Source of the DNA: Rhodosorus marinus CCMP1338
Lineage: Eukaryota > Plantae > Rhodophyta
Length of the DNA: 64,000 nucleotides
NCBI GenBank assembly: GCA_029953675.1
Contig: JAMWBK010000011.1
Coordinates: 806,001 to 870,000, forward strand
Direction of reading: 5' to 3'
Part shown: piece after piece, positions 1-11,943 of the stretch
How positions within the stretch are numbered: the first letter of the stretch is position 1
Layout of the letters: every line of letters begins with the position of its first letter
Position numbers and translations under genes: made by a program
Notes under the pieces: generated by a model
Databases searched by the model: none
What the model was told of the DNA's origin: nothing
Seen by the model: only the letters and a program-made list of their open reading frames with translations

Positions 1-186
1 GTCGATGAACTCGCGTACGTGCTCTGCTGGAGTGGCGGGGATTGACGGAGGTCTCCGTCTTTGTCTGGTTTCTGGTTTTTAGTATCAGGAGAGAGGTTCG
101 AAGAGCGCTGCCCTGACGTTTTGAGCGATCAGACGTTCCAGTAGAGGATTTCCCAGGAGATCTACTAAGCGCGGTTCTTCTGGAGA

Positions 187-1557
187 ATGGAGTCACTTGG
201 AACTCAGTTTTCCAGCCTGTCTCCTCATTTGGAATGGGACTCGATACCTATGAACTGGTCGCTTTTCAGGTTGCATAGGCAGGCCGTACCGTATCCCGGA
301 GATTGGTCAGTGATGCTCATTGATATGCGGTTTAAGATACCCGAGTTGACGGAGTCTGTTATTAACGCATCCGTTAGCGCTCGAATGATCTCGTTGTTCA
401 CCCAGCCATCGCTGATGATGACTGAGGTGCATTGCGACTCTTACATTCTCGGATCCGGATGGACTTTTCTTGGAGGTCTTCCGGACCTGGACGGGCTATC
501 GAACGGCAGGCACGCTGGTATGCAAAGGATTCGCTTTTTGTCATGGCTTGAGAACAACAAGGCGAGGGCGCTTCTATCCAGTGAGGTTCGCCCAGGACTA
601 ATCGTCTTCGCGAAGATCTCGGAACTGGATGGCAGATACAACCAAACTACGTGGGGCCTTGTGGGCCAGGATGATGAGACAGTCCTTCACACTCATGTGC
701 ATCTAGAGAGGCGGACATGCGATGTGTGCCGCACCATTGGGAAGCCCTGCGACGATAGGATTTGCAAGTTCGAACAGTCCTTCCACGAGATGAGAGATGC
801 CAGGATATCGCTTCTTGAGCAGATGACAACACGATCTGTGAATATGCAGTATACGATGGCGTGGTTGGCTGGCTCTTTTACAATCCCGTGTGGGCCGCTG
901 GAGCCAATGACCGTCGATACGTCGTGCTATATATCGGGGTCGAACTTTGACAGGGCACTGCTTGCAGTCTTGCAGAGTGAGGTCTCCAGCGTACACCCGC
1001 CTCGATCATCGTTCCGATTCGTGAAGCTGGTCAAGGATGAGGTGGATGGACTCCTTGACACCGAAGTATATTTTTCAGCTGCAGAAGATCAATTCCTTAC
1101 GTTTCCAGCGGATTGTGCGTCTTCCTCGGGAGAAGGTTCAGGGCACAAGCAAGTGTCCACGTCGGCGTCAGAACCATTGGAGCCCAGGTCGACGGCGAAG
1201 AAACACGTGTGCGACGATTGTGGGGCCTCGTATGGGAGAGCCTACCACCTGAAACGGCACTGGACGGTGGTACACCAGAAGAGGAGGGACTACTTGTGCT
1301 CGGCTTGTGACAGGACCTTTACACAGAGTGGGCACCTGAATGAACACGTTCGAGTGGCGCACCGTACGGAGAACCTCTTCCAGTGTTCAAGGTGCGACAA
1401 GAGTTTTGGTACCAGCTCCAAGCTCACAAGGCACACACTTACTGTTCATGAGAACCGTCGTAGATTCGAATGCGACGTATGCATGAAAAGATACAAGGAG
1501 AAGTCGTACTTAAAACAGCATTTGCGCTCTCAACATGGTGTTCAAATGGAAGCGTGA
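187..1557 (+). CDS. Z1: uncharacterised N-terminal domain + 4x C2H2 zinc finger protein, 456 aa
   Basis: Intronless ATG ORF. Four C-x2-C-x12-H-x4-H fingers at the C-terminus (CDDC, CSAC, CSRC, CDVC). N-domain motifs WDSIPMNW, LGSGW, EVRPG, RRTCDVC, HPPRSSFR are shared with the other paralogues. Confidence 0.95.
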   Translation: MESLGTQFSSLSPHLEWDSIPMNWSLFRLHRQAVPYPGDWSVMLIDMRFKIPELTESVINASVSARMISLFTQPSLMMTEVHCDSYILGSGWTFLGGLPDLDGLSNGRHAGMQRIRFLSWLENNKARALLSSEVRPGLIVFAKISELDGRYNQTTWGLVGQDDETVLHTHVHLERRTCDVCRTIGKPCDDRICKFEQSFHEMRDARISLLEQMTTRSVNMQYTMAWLAGSFTIPCGPLEPMTVDTSCYISGSNFDRALLAVLQSEVSSVHPPRSSFRFVKLVKDEVDGLLDTEVYFSAAEDQFLTFPADCASSSGEGSGHKQVSTSASEPLEPRSTAKKHVCDDCGASYGRAYHLKRHWTVVHQKRRDYLCSACDRTFTQSGHLNEHVRVAHRTENLFQCSRCDKSFGTSSKLTRHTLTVHENRRRFECDVCMKRYKEKSYLKQHLRSQHGVQMEA

Positions 1558-1630
1558 CCGTGGCAGTGCATGTTTGGTTTCTCTTTTTCCTTTTGTTCCT
1601 TGTGTTAAGAGCTTAGATAGAACAGGCGAG

Positions 1631-1945
1631 GAGGAATCTATTTATCAACTGATGGACTGGTAAAAGCTAAGGGCAATTATCTCGCTGTAGCTGCATCGTT
1701 AGACCGACGAGGAATCTATTTATCAACTGATGGACTGGTAAAAGCTAAGGGCAATTATCTCGCTGTAGCTGCATCGTTAGACCGACGAGGAATCTATTTA
1801 TCAACTGAAATAAAGGACTGGTAAAACCTAAGGACAATTGTCTCGCTGTACCTGCATCGTTAGACCGACGAGGAATCTATTTATCAACTCATGGACTGGT
1901 AAAAGCGAAGCACAATTATCTCGCTGTAGCTGCATCGTTAGACCG
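1631..1945. repeat. Minisatellite, 4 copies of a 78-bp unit
   Basis: Unit gaggaatctatttatcaactgatggactggtaaaagc...gcatcgttagaccgac starts at 1631, 1709, 1787 and 1870. Copy 3 has a 5-bp insertion. Confidence 0.95.
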
Positions 1946-3074
1946 CAGCAGGCCCAACAAGGCGAAAGCGTGATCTAGTCGGGTAAGGGACCCCATTTAT
2001 GTTTTCTCGAGCAGAAATGCACAAAATGAGCGCAACATGTACGTCCTTGCGTCGGGATAACCATTCCGGGACATGTGATGCGCTCTTGTTTTTGGTCACA
2101 GACTGCGAAGAAGTAAAGCTCCGTTGAGATCGTAACTCTTAAGAGTGATAGCTTCGAACTTTATGTTCGCAACTGCCGTCCCTAGACCAACCGGTATCTT
2201 TCGATTCCCTGGCCTGCCGAGTACGTTTCGCTCTTGCTGCCAAAGGGCCGAGCGTCTCGACCTCGCTTGGATAGTTAACCTCGGATAGACTAACCTCTGC
2301 TTATCGTATGCGTGCGGTCATTGTGGAACCGGTTGATTGGAGAAGGGTTGATTTCAAATTGAGTCGTGGCAGTCCATTCCAGATAAGACTTTCTCACATA
2401 CATATTGCTTTGACCAACGCAGCCATGCGCGAGTCTGCCTTTCCCTCCATGGCAAGACTCATTCTCGTTTGCTTCAAGGTGCTTCTGTAAGCCTTCTCAA
2501 CGCTTAGGTGGCGAACGCCTCTGACCCGCTAGGGGAGCATTTTCGCAAGTCTGTTCTTTGTCAGTTCGTCTTATACTGTAGCCATCTTCGCAGATGGGCG
2601 AGAGGAAGGGTTGTGATACGGCTTCACTAGGTCTCTCAAGGTTTCCTGGCCGTGGCTGGGTTGTGAATCATTCACCATCATCTAGGCTTTAGTCACTGTG
2701 CCAGTTGTGAACTTGGAATGGTTTCAGGGGCGGAATGATATGGTCGGAAACGAGAAGCGGTTAGCGAACTGAGCTCGTGCTGAGTTTGACGATTCGGGTC
2801 ATTGAACTTTGAGGTAAATTGTTCGCACTGAAGCTTTAGAAGAGTTGGTGGGACTTGTCGTAGGGAACGAATCGTATTCTGAGGTCTTTCGACGATGGCC
2901 TTGACGGTTGGAGAGAGGGTAGCTTCCGTTTAATGGAGGGGACTGTTGGGAGGTTGATTAGCTTGGTCGTCGCCGTGCTTTTGGGAGAAAGGTGCCCTGA
3001 GCGGTTAATCCGGTGGTCCAAGTTTTGTTTGAGGCAGTGGGTTGACTTTCTGGTCGTCTCCATGTAGGCGGGAG

Positions 3075-4484
3075 ATGGCGCAGAGCTTTTCAAATTTGAC
3101 ACCCTACTATGAGTGGGACTCTGTTACGACGAACTGGTCCCTCTTCAAGATGCATAAGCATGCTGTCCCGTACCCTGGGGATGCGCCGGCGGTTGTTCTG
3201 ATGGATATGAGGTTTCGCATACCTCCGGCGACCGAAGCAGCGCTAAACACGTCTGAGGTCGCCCGGATGATAGGGGTGATCAGCCAGCCGTCGCTGATGA
3301 TGACTGAGATGATGTGCGATAAGTATGCTCTGGGCTCTGGATGGGCATTTGTAGGCGGGATTCCTTCTCAGGAAGGAAGAAGAAACGAAAAATACGCTGG
3401 GATGCAGAGAATTAGGTATATTGCCTCCGTTCAGAACAAAATGGGAATGGTGCTTATTACCTGCGAAGTACGTCCTGGACTGATTGCGTTTGCAAAATGC
3501 ACGGAAGTGGATGGCAGACACAACCTCAGCGTTTGGGGTCTCGCAGATAAGGAGAACGAGACGGTATTACTCTATCAGACCAACTTGGATAGACGTCCAT
3601 GCAATATGTGTCGAATTACGGGCGAATCCTGCGACCCCAGAATTTGTACGACGGAGCAGTCCTTCGAGGATTCGAGGCAATTCAGGCTGTCCCTCCTGGA
3701 AAACATGGATACCGCTCCCTACTCTACTGAATACGCCGTGGCGTGGTTGGGCGGGTCATGGACAATACCTTGCGGTCCTCTGGAACCAATAACTCTCAAC
3801 ACAACTTGCTATTTGTCGGGTTTAAACTTTGACTGTGCACTGGTCTCAGTTCTGCAGAACGAGATCTCCAGCGTGCATCCCCCTCGATCGTCCTTCCGCT
3901 TCGTAAAGCTAGTCAGGGATGAGGTGGATCGTCTTGTTGATGCGGAAGGGACCGCATCCGGGGGCAAAGATGCTTCCTTTTGGTTCAGTGAAGGCCGTTC
4001 TCCCCCAGGCAAAGGCGAATGGGACCAAGCTCTCCATGTGGCAGATTCAAAAATTGAGCAGCTGAGACCTGCCCAAAGAGGTTCAACGTCAAGTACAGCA
4101 TCCGCAAAATATACACCCGTTCCTGGCAGGCATCATTGTAAAACTTGCGGAGCTTCGTATGCAGAGGCTTACGAGCTGAAGCGGCACTGGACGTTGCTCC
4201 ATCAGAAAACGAGGGGGTGGAAGTGTTCGGATTGTGACAAGACGTTCAAGCAAAAGGGACACCTGAATGAACACGTCCGCGTGATGCACAGCGGAAGGGA
4301 CGTTTTCCCTTGCCCGATATGTCGGAAATCGTTTGGTGCCAAGTCAAAATTAACCCGACACATCGCTACTGTACATGAGAACCATCGTGGCTTCAAATGC
4401 AACGTATGCATGAAGAAGTACAAGGAAAAATCTTATCTGAAACAGCACTTGCGTGCGCTGCATGGCATTCAGATGGATTCGTAG
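3075..4484 (+). CDS. Z2: N-domain + 4x C2H2 zinc finger protein, 469 aa
   Basis: First in-frame ATG is at 3075 (the track's TTG start at 3042 is not used). Same motif set and four fingers. Confidence 0.95.
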   Translation: MAQSFSNLTPYYEWDSVTTNWSLFKMHKHAVPYPGDAPAVVLMDMRFRIPPATEAALNTSEVARMIGVISQPSLMMTEMMCDKYALGSGWAFVGGIPSQEGRRNEKYAGMQRIRYIASVQNKMGMVLITCEVRPGLIAFAKCTEVDGRHNLSVWGLADKENETVLLYQTNLDRRPCNMCRITGESCDPRICTTEQSFEDSRQFRLSLLENMDTAPYSTEYAVAWLGGSWTIPCGPLEPITLNTTCYLSGLNFDCALVSVLQNEISSVHPPRSSFRFVKLVRDEVDRLVDAEGTASGGKDASFWFSEGRSPPGKGEWDQALHVADSKIEQLRPAQRGSTSSTASAKYTPVPGRHHCKTCGASYAEAYELKRHWTLLHQKTRGWKCSDCDKTFKQKGHLNEHVRVMHSGRDVFPCPICRKSFGAKSKLTRHIATVHENHRGFKCNVCMKKYKEKSYLKQHLRALHGIQMDS

Positions 4485-6519
4485 TCAAGGCGGCTGTGGG
4501 GAACGACGTCGTTAAGCCGGTGTACAGTGGCTGAAGATGACGACCTTGAGACCAAAGGACCCTAGAGAATTTCTCACGTAGTCCGCTACTGGCAACGCTG
4601 CGCCTTGGAAGTTGGCCATCATTCTGTACTCACAAAAGCCCTTCCAAGCATAGCCCGGGAGCATGACGAGCAGAGTGTTCATGCACCCGTTCAGTGATGT
4701 AAATGATCAATCCACAGTCTCTGTCTGTATTCCTCAAGTTCTTCTTCTGGACCGCCCGTACTCGCGACGTGGCGATCATAGGTCCCCAACCTCGAAAACG
4801 CTTCCGCACAGCACTTTCCCATCCTAGCACTTCAAAATCGCCCCTCATCGCTGCTTCCCTTTTCCCTTTAAAGATTAAACCTCGGAGCTCTCTTAGCCAA
4901 TTAAAAAAACGGTTCCCGATACACCTCCAATTACCACTCTCTAACCACAACTCGCATCCAATTATATCTCAGCTGTTTTGCTTGGTTAGCAAAACCTTTG
5001 GTAAAGTGATCTTTTTCAAGGACCCGTGACCCCTGATTTCTGAAGATTTATCCAATGTTCTTTTTTCATTGTTTTAATCACGTTTTATACTATTTATAGT
5101 TGCCTACGTTTGTATTGTATTTTAGAAGACCAAGGCCAATTATCACAAGACTAAATACGCCAAGAGCATTAGCTAACTGAAGACGCCTGTTACGCAGTTC
5201 AAACAAGAGCACAGCGTTCGTTCGCCATATAACACACGAGCTCAGAGCCGTGTACAGACTCCAGAAAGTACAGCCTGCCCCTCATGGAGCAGTCTTTGAG
5301 CCAGCGGGGAGACTGTCATTTTAAAGCCAGGAGCTCACGGAAACACTGTTTTTGCGCCACGCACTGTCCCTTTCCATCGAGAAATCCGAACAACTCGCAA
5401 ACCGGGACGTTAGTGTTTTTGGTAGGGGTGGAGGGGGGGGTTTTCTCTTTTTGATTCGCTTTTGGTTACCTATGCCAGGCACTCTGGGGCCCTATGGCCC
5501 TATGTCAAGATGTTCTTCGGTCCCCACGGAGCACAATGCCTCCGTTGGAAATGGATAGGATAGGGTTCGAACTTGTAAGACCGCGGTGGCTGTTGGATGG
5601 TTAAGGCAGTGAGAACACCCCATATGGTCGAGCAAGGATGCTATGGCGGAGGTGTGGTTGAAGTACATCCATCTGCGGTTTCGAATTAGACGTTTCAAAC
5701 ACCCCTTGATCAAGCGAAGAGCTCTTCGTGTTCAGGGAGCTGAGATGTACTGTGCTTGTTGAACGCGTTACTCGTTGCAGTCGGGGTAACCAGGAGAGCT
5801 GAGGCTAGGGCTTCCCCGGAGAAGCTGGCTTCGGCATCTTTTTCTTGAGGGGGGCGTATGTTTGGTTATTGGCTTACCACGCCCCTTTACCAAGGTGTGA
5901 GATCGTATTTTGCGTTGCGGAGCACTTAGTTTGCATCGTCTCAGGTTTTTTGTCTCTGAATACACGATGATGAGGCCGTATTACTAAAACCCTGTGTTTT
6001 TCGGTGAACAATGACGTTTCTACTCTAGTCCTTTGGTTCTTCGAGTTCTTTCGGGATATGTTCGATCCTGCCTGAAGGCTCCTGCAGGCGAATTTCTTCC
6101 TCAAGCGTTTCCTCCAAGCTTCTTAGGAAGCAGGTGCGTCCTAATGAACTATGACATAGTGAATTCAAGTTGATTAATTACTTCATTTTGTGGATGGGGC
6201 AATGATTTTGGTTCGTGCTGCCGAATGAACTTCAAAATATTCTATTAAGAAATAAAAAAGGTTACTACCATAGGGCATGCCCCATAAATAAATTTGACCC
6301 CGTGGCCGTATAACGCGCCTCAGAATCGAGGGGGGATTGAAACCTACATAGGGCAGGCTCTATGGCCCATTTTCGTTTACCGCGATGCCCTATCGAATGC
6401 CTACATAGGACAGACCTTAGCTCCCTACCACCTGACCTTGCGGTTCCCCCCTTGCTTTTTTTTCTTATTTGCAGAAGAAAAGTCTTCTCCTTCTGCTACG
6501 CACTTCGACCAACAATTTG

Positions 6520-7650
6520 GCGTTCATTCGCCTTGATCTGGAGCTCAGAGCCTTCTTACAAACCAGAAAAGAAAGCCTAGCGCTCCCTTACAAGCAATTT
6601 TTGGGAAAAGCAACTTCCCCTTCCATCAAGAAACTCGAACGACTCCAAATCACAAACGGGACGTGAATCGTATTATACACTATTTTTAACCACCTCTGTT
6701 TTGTACACGAGATTTTCTTTCGCGGTACAGAACATCCCGAAAGTGGGCAAAAGTCGAAGCGTCTTCCTCCTCGACGGTGTCGTTTTACAGCCTGGCGCTC
6801 ACCCTGAATAGCAGTCTTTGAGCCAGTCAGCTTCCCTAGTCCACGGAGAACCGCGAACGACTTATTTATCAAAGGGACGTGTATAGTATTTTACATTGTT
6901 TTCCTTTTTGTGGCACGATGGGATTTCCTTGTGTGGTATCCAATAGTGGGCAAAACCGGAGAGATTTCCTCCGAAAGCCGTCATTTTATGGCCTGGCGCT
7001 CCGTGGGAGCAGCAGTCTTTGAGCCAGTCAGCTTCTCCATTCCATAGAGAAACACTGACGACTTGACACAAACGGGGACGTATATAGTATTTTACACTGT
7101 TTCATAACCTTTTTTGGTTGCACATTGGGATATTCTCGCGTGGTATAGTATTCCAAAAGTGGACAAAATTGGAACTTCCTTCACGAGAAACAGGTCGTCC
7201 TCTTACAGCCTGGCGCTCTCACGGAAACAGCAGTCTTCGAGCCAGTCAGCTTACCCAATTCCATCCAGAAACCGGAACGACGTCCCGCAAACTGGACGTC
7301 GTTCCGGTTGACGTACGAGTATTTTACACGGTTTAGCTCCCTTTTTGTTGCACATTCGGATTTTCTTGCGTGGCACAATGTTCCAAAAGTGGACGAAATT
7401 CAAGCAGTTTCCTTCTAGAAAAGAACGCCGTCGTCTTACTGCCTGGCGCTTTGCGGAACTAGCAGCCTTTTGAGCCAGTCAGCTACCCCATTCCATCCAG
7501 AAACCCGACGCCTAAACCACAAACGGAGACGTGAACTATTTTATAGACTGTTTTAGTAACTTCACGCTGCGCACATTCTGACGTTTCTTACGTGAGTAGA
7601 GAACTTCAAAGGTAGACTAAGCAGCGGTTTCCTTCTGGAGAGGTCGTTTG
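6520..7650. repeat. Degenerate tandem array of ~200-230-bp units, with a solo homologous copy at ~5215-5410
   Basis: gcctggcgct...gcagtc(t)ttgagccagtcagct recurs at 6790, 6991, 7208 and 7441. gggacgt...tattttacac and aaagtgg(a/g)caaaa recur in register. Boundaries approximate. Confidence 0.85.
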
Positions 7651-8089
7651 GTATTTTTTTGCATGAGGAAAGCGTTTGGGAACTAAATCTCCATTTTTGG
7701 TGTGTTTTCGTTTCGAGGTTGAGGATGGGATTTTACTGGCGTTTGGGAGGTGTTTTCAAGTATTTAGTTAGGTATTGGAGTTGAAGAGGGCTAATGGTTT
7801 GGGGTGTTGGACGGCGTGCCGGTTGGAATGAGGAAGAGGCCGGCGTCGTTGTTTAGACCCATTGGAGTAGGTTTTATAGTCTTCTTGAAGTCTTTCACGG
7901 GGCTTTGCGTTCTTCACTTGGACTCGACGGTTGGTTGTTTTGTTTATTTTTTGTGGTGGGCGGGGTTGATAGCTGTTGGCTCTTGCTAGCGTTGTGCGGG
8001 TTTGCTGGGACTCTGGAGGGCGGTGTGGTGGGAGCACGGTGAGGTGTGGTTAACGTGAGTCCTTTTGTAGGACTTGTTGACTTGAGTCG

Positions 8090-9460
8090 ATGGATGGGCA
8101 ATCTGTCGGGAACGACGTGTACAGTCTGTGTGAATATCTCGAATGGGACTCCGTGCCGTTGAATTGGATTCTGTTCCGGTTACATAGACAGGAGGTTCCG
8201 GAGCCGCAGAGCCTGATGGCAATGCTGCTGAACATGAAGATAAGAATACCAGAAGCAACCAAAGCAGTAATTGGCTCCTCGGAAGTTGCGAGTATGGTGT
8301 CCGTTCTGAACCAACCGTCGCTCATGATGTCCGAATTCCAAGGGCGAGACTTCACGTTGGGTTCCGGTTGGGCTTTCGTTGGAGGTCTTCCCGGGATGGA
8401 TGGAAACGTCCATGAGTTCGCGGGTCTCAAGCGAATTCGGTTCTTGTCCTGTTTTAGGGAGAGAAAGGGCGTGACCCTACTTTCCTGCGAGGTGCGTCCC
8501 GGCCTGATAACCTTCGTGAAAGTCGCAGAAGTGAGCGGAAGGTGCAATTTCAGCCAGTGGGGATTCATTGACAAACTGAGCGAACTGATCCTGCACACGC
8601 AGAGTCATATCGATACCCGTGCCTGCGACATGTGTGTTCTCGCCGGAGTAACATGCGATCCAACTAGCTGCCCCAGCGGGCAAACGTTTGACGATCTCCG
8701 TGACCGGAGACTAGCGCTCTTCCAAGAAGAAAATCGGCCCGGTTTTTATATGCACTATACAAAGGCGTGGTTATCAGGGACTTACACAATTCCTGTTGGA
8801 CCGTTGGAGCCCCTAACCTCAAACACCACTGTCTATTTTTCGGGCCAGAACTTTGATCTTGCGTTGCTTTCCGTGCTGCAGTTCGAAGTCGAAGGCGTTA
8901 ACCCCCCCCGGTCTTCGTTCCGGTTCGTGAAAAGTGAGATTGACGACATGCAGGATCAGGATACCTTGGGCTTGGAAGAGCTCACGTCGTCGGAGACCAC
9001 ATTGGCTAAGTCAGGCGTCGTTGTAGTGTCGGCGGGGGAAAGCACGGACGCCGAGACGAAAATCTCCGGCAGGCGAAAAAAAGAGAGCAGATGTGAGACG
9101 TGTGGTCTGGCGTTTTCCAGAGCGCATAATCTCAAACGACACAGGCTGCTCGTCCACCAAAAGCGAAGGGATTTCATCTGCGAATACTGCCAAAGGACTT
9201 TTACGCAGAACGGTCATCTCAAGGAGCACATCAAAGTGAACCATGTAGGGACCAACCTTTTGAATTGTACAGCATGCGGTAAGGGTTTTGGGGCAAGGTC
9301 GAAGCTGCAACGCCATATTCTCACCGTTCATGAGAATCGAAGGAGCTACAAGTGTGACGTATGTCAGAAGAAGTACAAGGAGAAGTCATACCTCAAACGA
9401 CATATGCAGAAACAGCACGGTGTTGAGCTGGAAGAGGTTGCCGCACTGATTGTTTCGTGA
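8090..9460 (+). CDS. Z3: N-domain + 4x C2H2 zinc finger protein, 456 aa
   Basis: ATG ORF with WDSVPLNW, LGSGW, EVRPG, RACDMC, PPRSSFR and four fingers. Confidence 0.95.
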   Translation: MDGQSVGNDVYSLCEYLEWDSVPLNWILFRLHRQEVPEPQSLMAMLLNMKIRIPEATKAVIGSSEVASMVSVLNQPSLMMSEFQGRDFTLGSGWAFVGGLPGMDGNVHEFAGLKRIRFLSCFRERKGVTLLSCEVRPGLITFVKVAEVSGRCNFSQWGFIDKLSELILHTQSHIDTRACDMCVLAGVTCDPTSCPSGQTFDDLRDRRLALFQEENRPGFYMHYTKAWLSGTYTIPVGPLEPLTSNTTVYFSGQNFDLALLSVLQFEVEGVNPPRSSFRFVKSEIDDMQDQDTLGLEELTSSETTLAKSGVVVVSAGESTDAETKISGRRKKESRCETCGLAFSRAHNLKRHRLLVHQKRRDFICEYCQRTFTQNGHLKEHIKVNHVGTNLLNCTACGKGFGARSKLQRHILTVHENRRSYKCDVCQKKYKEKSYLKRHMQKQHGVELEEVAALIVS

Positions 9461-11943
9461 AATACGTAGCCCGATTTTAACTAGCGCAGATGAACATATG
9501 CGACTCGACTTATTTATGGCTTCGTTGGGGGACCTTGGGGATTTCGGCTAAGAATGTTGTTAGCATAGTTTTTACAAGAGAGCATGGCTTGTTAAAGACC
9601 ACAGAAGATACAGCTTCACTGTGAGAGAAGTGATATGGCTTACGCCACCCTCGGGGGCCTCGCCGATCTACGCGGAAGCCAGAAAATGGTTGAACAGCTT
9701 CTTAACTCCGCCGCTGAGAGTTGTACCGTGAGTGGCCTCGTCAAAGGATCGAATGTGGCGAGTTGAAAGAGGATCCGGTGATTGACGGCACGTCTTGTGC
9801 CGGGTAGCTCACTAGCGCTTTACCGCAAGTCCCCATAGTTGCAAAAACCCCATGCAACATCACACAGCATTTTCCCCCCGTGAAACTCTCCATAGTTCAC
9901 TTCTAATTATAAAACTTATATCTATTAGAAATCAAATTACACCATGCCTCCTTTTTTAACCAAAACAACTGCCTTGTGATTCGTCAGCTTACAGTTATTA
10001 ACCAATCATAAACGGTAATATATTTGAATTGATGAAAATGTAAACCTCACATAAAACACCGAATTCTAACTGTGTTTTGCAAGCAAGTATCCGAATGGAA
10101 ATATTTGTCCAGGACATTAAATTAGATACGAACTTGGATCGCCCCTGTCGGACCCAATATTTTGCACTCTCTCACCTGGTCGATCTATTCCTTTTACGGC
10201 ACTTGGATAAAAGTTACACGTAAAAGTTAGACGAGGATCTCAAAACATCTGGACGACTTTTTTGAATAGGGAGCTAATTTTGCCAGAGATGGGGAGATGG
10301 AGCCTCCAGAACTAAGGCCAGAGAGGCCAGAGAGAGCGCAGGAAGCTTACTCTTCGATGTCGTAGTCACGAGCCGGTTCTTGACGCAGCATCCGTACACG
10401 TACGGCCAGCTGTACTGGTTGTTGTCCAGCTCGCACCGCCCTCACAGCGCAACCGTCAACAAATACCGCACAGCTGTTGCAGACCAAGAGGGCTTTATCC
10501 GGATGACCTTCGTAACATACGGACGCGCTTTGCAGCACAAACAATGACAGGCCCTATCAAGACCCTGAGCCTGCCGCCCGGAGCGATGAACTGCACCGCT
10601 GTGGAGAGGCAGTTCTCGGGTTGCACGTAGTGGTGACACTGCGAGCAGTTTTAGTAGCTAGTATTCACTGAGAAGCTAGTAGTCATTTGTAACTACTCTT
10701 CCCCTCTCGTAGGACATCTGCACTCAAGGTTGTAGTTCTCCAGTAACCAGAGAACCAGACTCAAAGAAGCATCTAGTCGAAAAACAGCACCAGGGCGGTC
10801 TCGGTAATACTCTTGACCAAACATCCCCACGCGCTGTCTAAGAATCCGAATGCCTCTAGAACTATCTCAGCCAGTGCTGACTGCAAAGCCCCTCAGCGTT
10901 GGGGAGCATCTCCACGTACACCAATTTCTTATTACCTCCTCAATTAACCTCAAAACGCGTTGATTGCAATATTTATAGAGGATGGCCGATGTACATGAAA
11001 TTGGACCGGTTTTCGAACGGTTGAGAATGCACCTCGGCGTTTGGGCTTCCTTTTGACAGAAGCCTTTAGGTTCTCTTGTTGGTTAGTAAAATTTGGTGCA
11101 TGTGTGGATACGCTAGACAGCTAACACAGAGCCTGGGTCCTCTTCCTACAACCCTCAACACGAAACGCACGCCGAACCCCCAGGACGCAAAGTTTCCCCA
11201 AGAAAGCTTTGAAAACGAATCAGGTGCCAAACCCCCAGGGCGTTTTAAAGTGGACGAGCTGGACGAGAAAGTTAGCTCTCTTTTGCGTCTTTTTCATCTT
11301 CCGCCTCGTTGGACGTGTGTACTATTCTCGTTCTCTTCCCTCATTTCTCCCCTTGCTGTCGACAGAAATAGGATCCACCTCACGTCGCTTTGGAAAGCTG
11401 CGGCGAAGTGAGCGGGAGTCGAGTTAGTTTAAGAGAGGTGGGCGTGGAGGCAGAGGGCGAGTGCGTAGAAGACAAGGGTGGACGTGAAAGAGTAGGAGTG
11501 TGTCACGGGAATGGATACTGCTACACTCGATAGTTTTGAGCGGCTTTTGTGACGGTTTGGAAGGAGTTGCGGCCGCGTTTGTGGATGGAGCGGACTAGAA
11601 TCCAGTAGATGAGAGAGAGAACGGACGGAGTTGAGAGTTGGGTACATGTACTTGTGAGATCGAGGGAGCTAGCAAAGACTCAAGCGACTTGTAAGTTTTG
11701 AGGTTGTCTGAGTCGGGCTCGTGTAGGCTTTGTCAAGGGCTCCCCTGCGGGATTTGTTTTTTCCAAACTGGTAGCGGGTGGTTGGAGTGCTTTGCTGGGG
11801 TCGCCGGGAGATTAGCGAAGGACAGTTAGTTTGTATTGTAACCAGCTTTCTTAGCTGTAGCTTGCTCTGATCGATGGCATTTTGGAGTTCAAAATTGGAG
11901 GGAATTTTGTGATTTGTTGTGTTTGGATGCGTTCTCTCACAGC

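Noticed and set aside
1631-1945. CRISPR-like appearance of regular repeats
   Set aside because: Units are contiguous full-length copies with no unique spacers, and there are no cas genes. The context is eukaryotic.
2195-2220. ttcgattccctggcc resembling a tRNA T-loop/3' end
   Set aside because: No T-stem pairing, anticodon arm or acceptor stem can be built.
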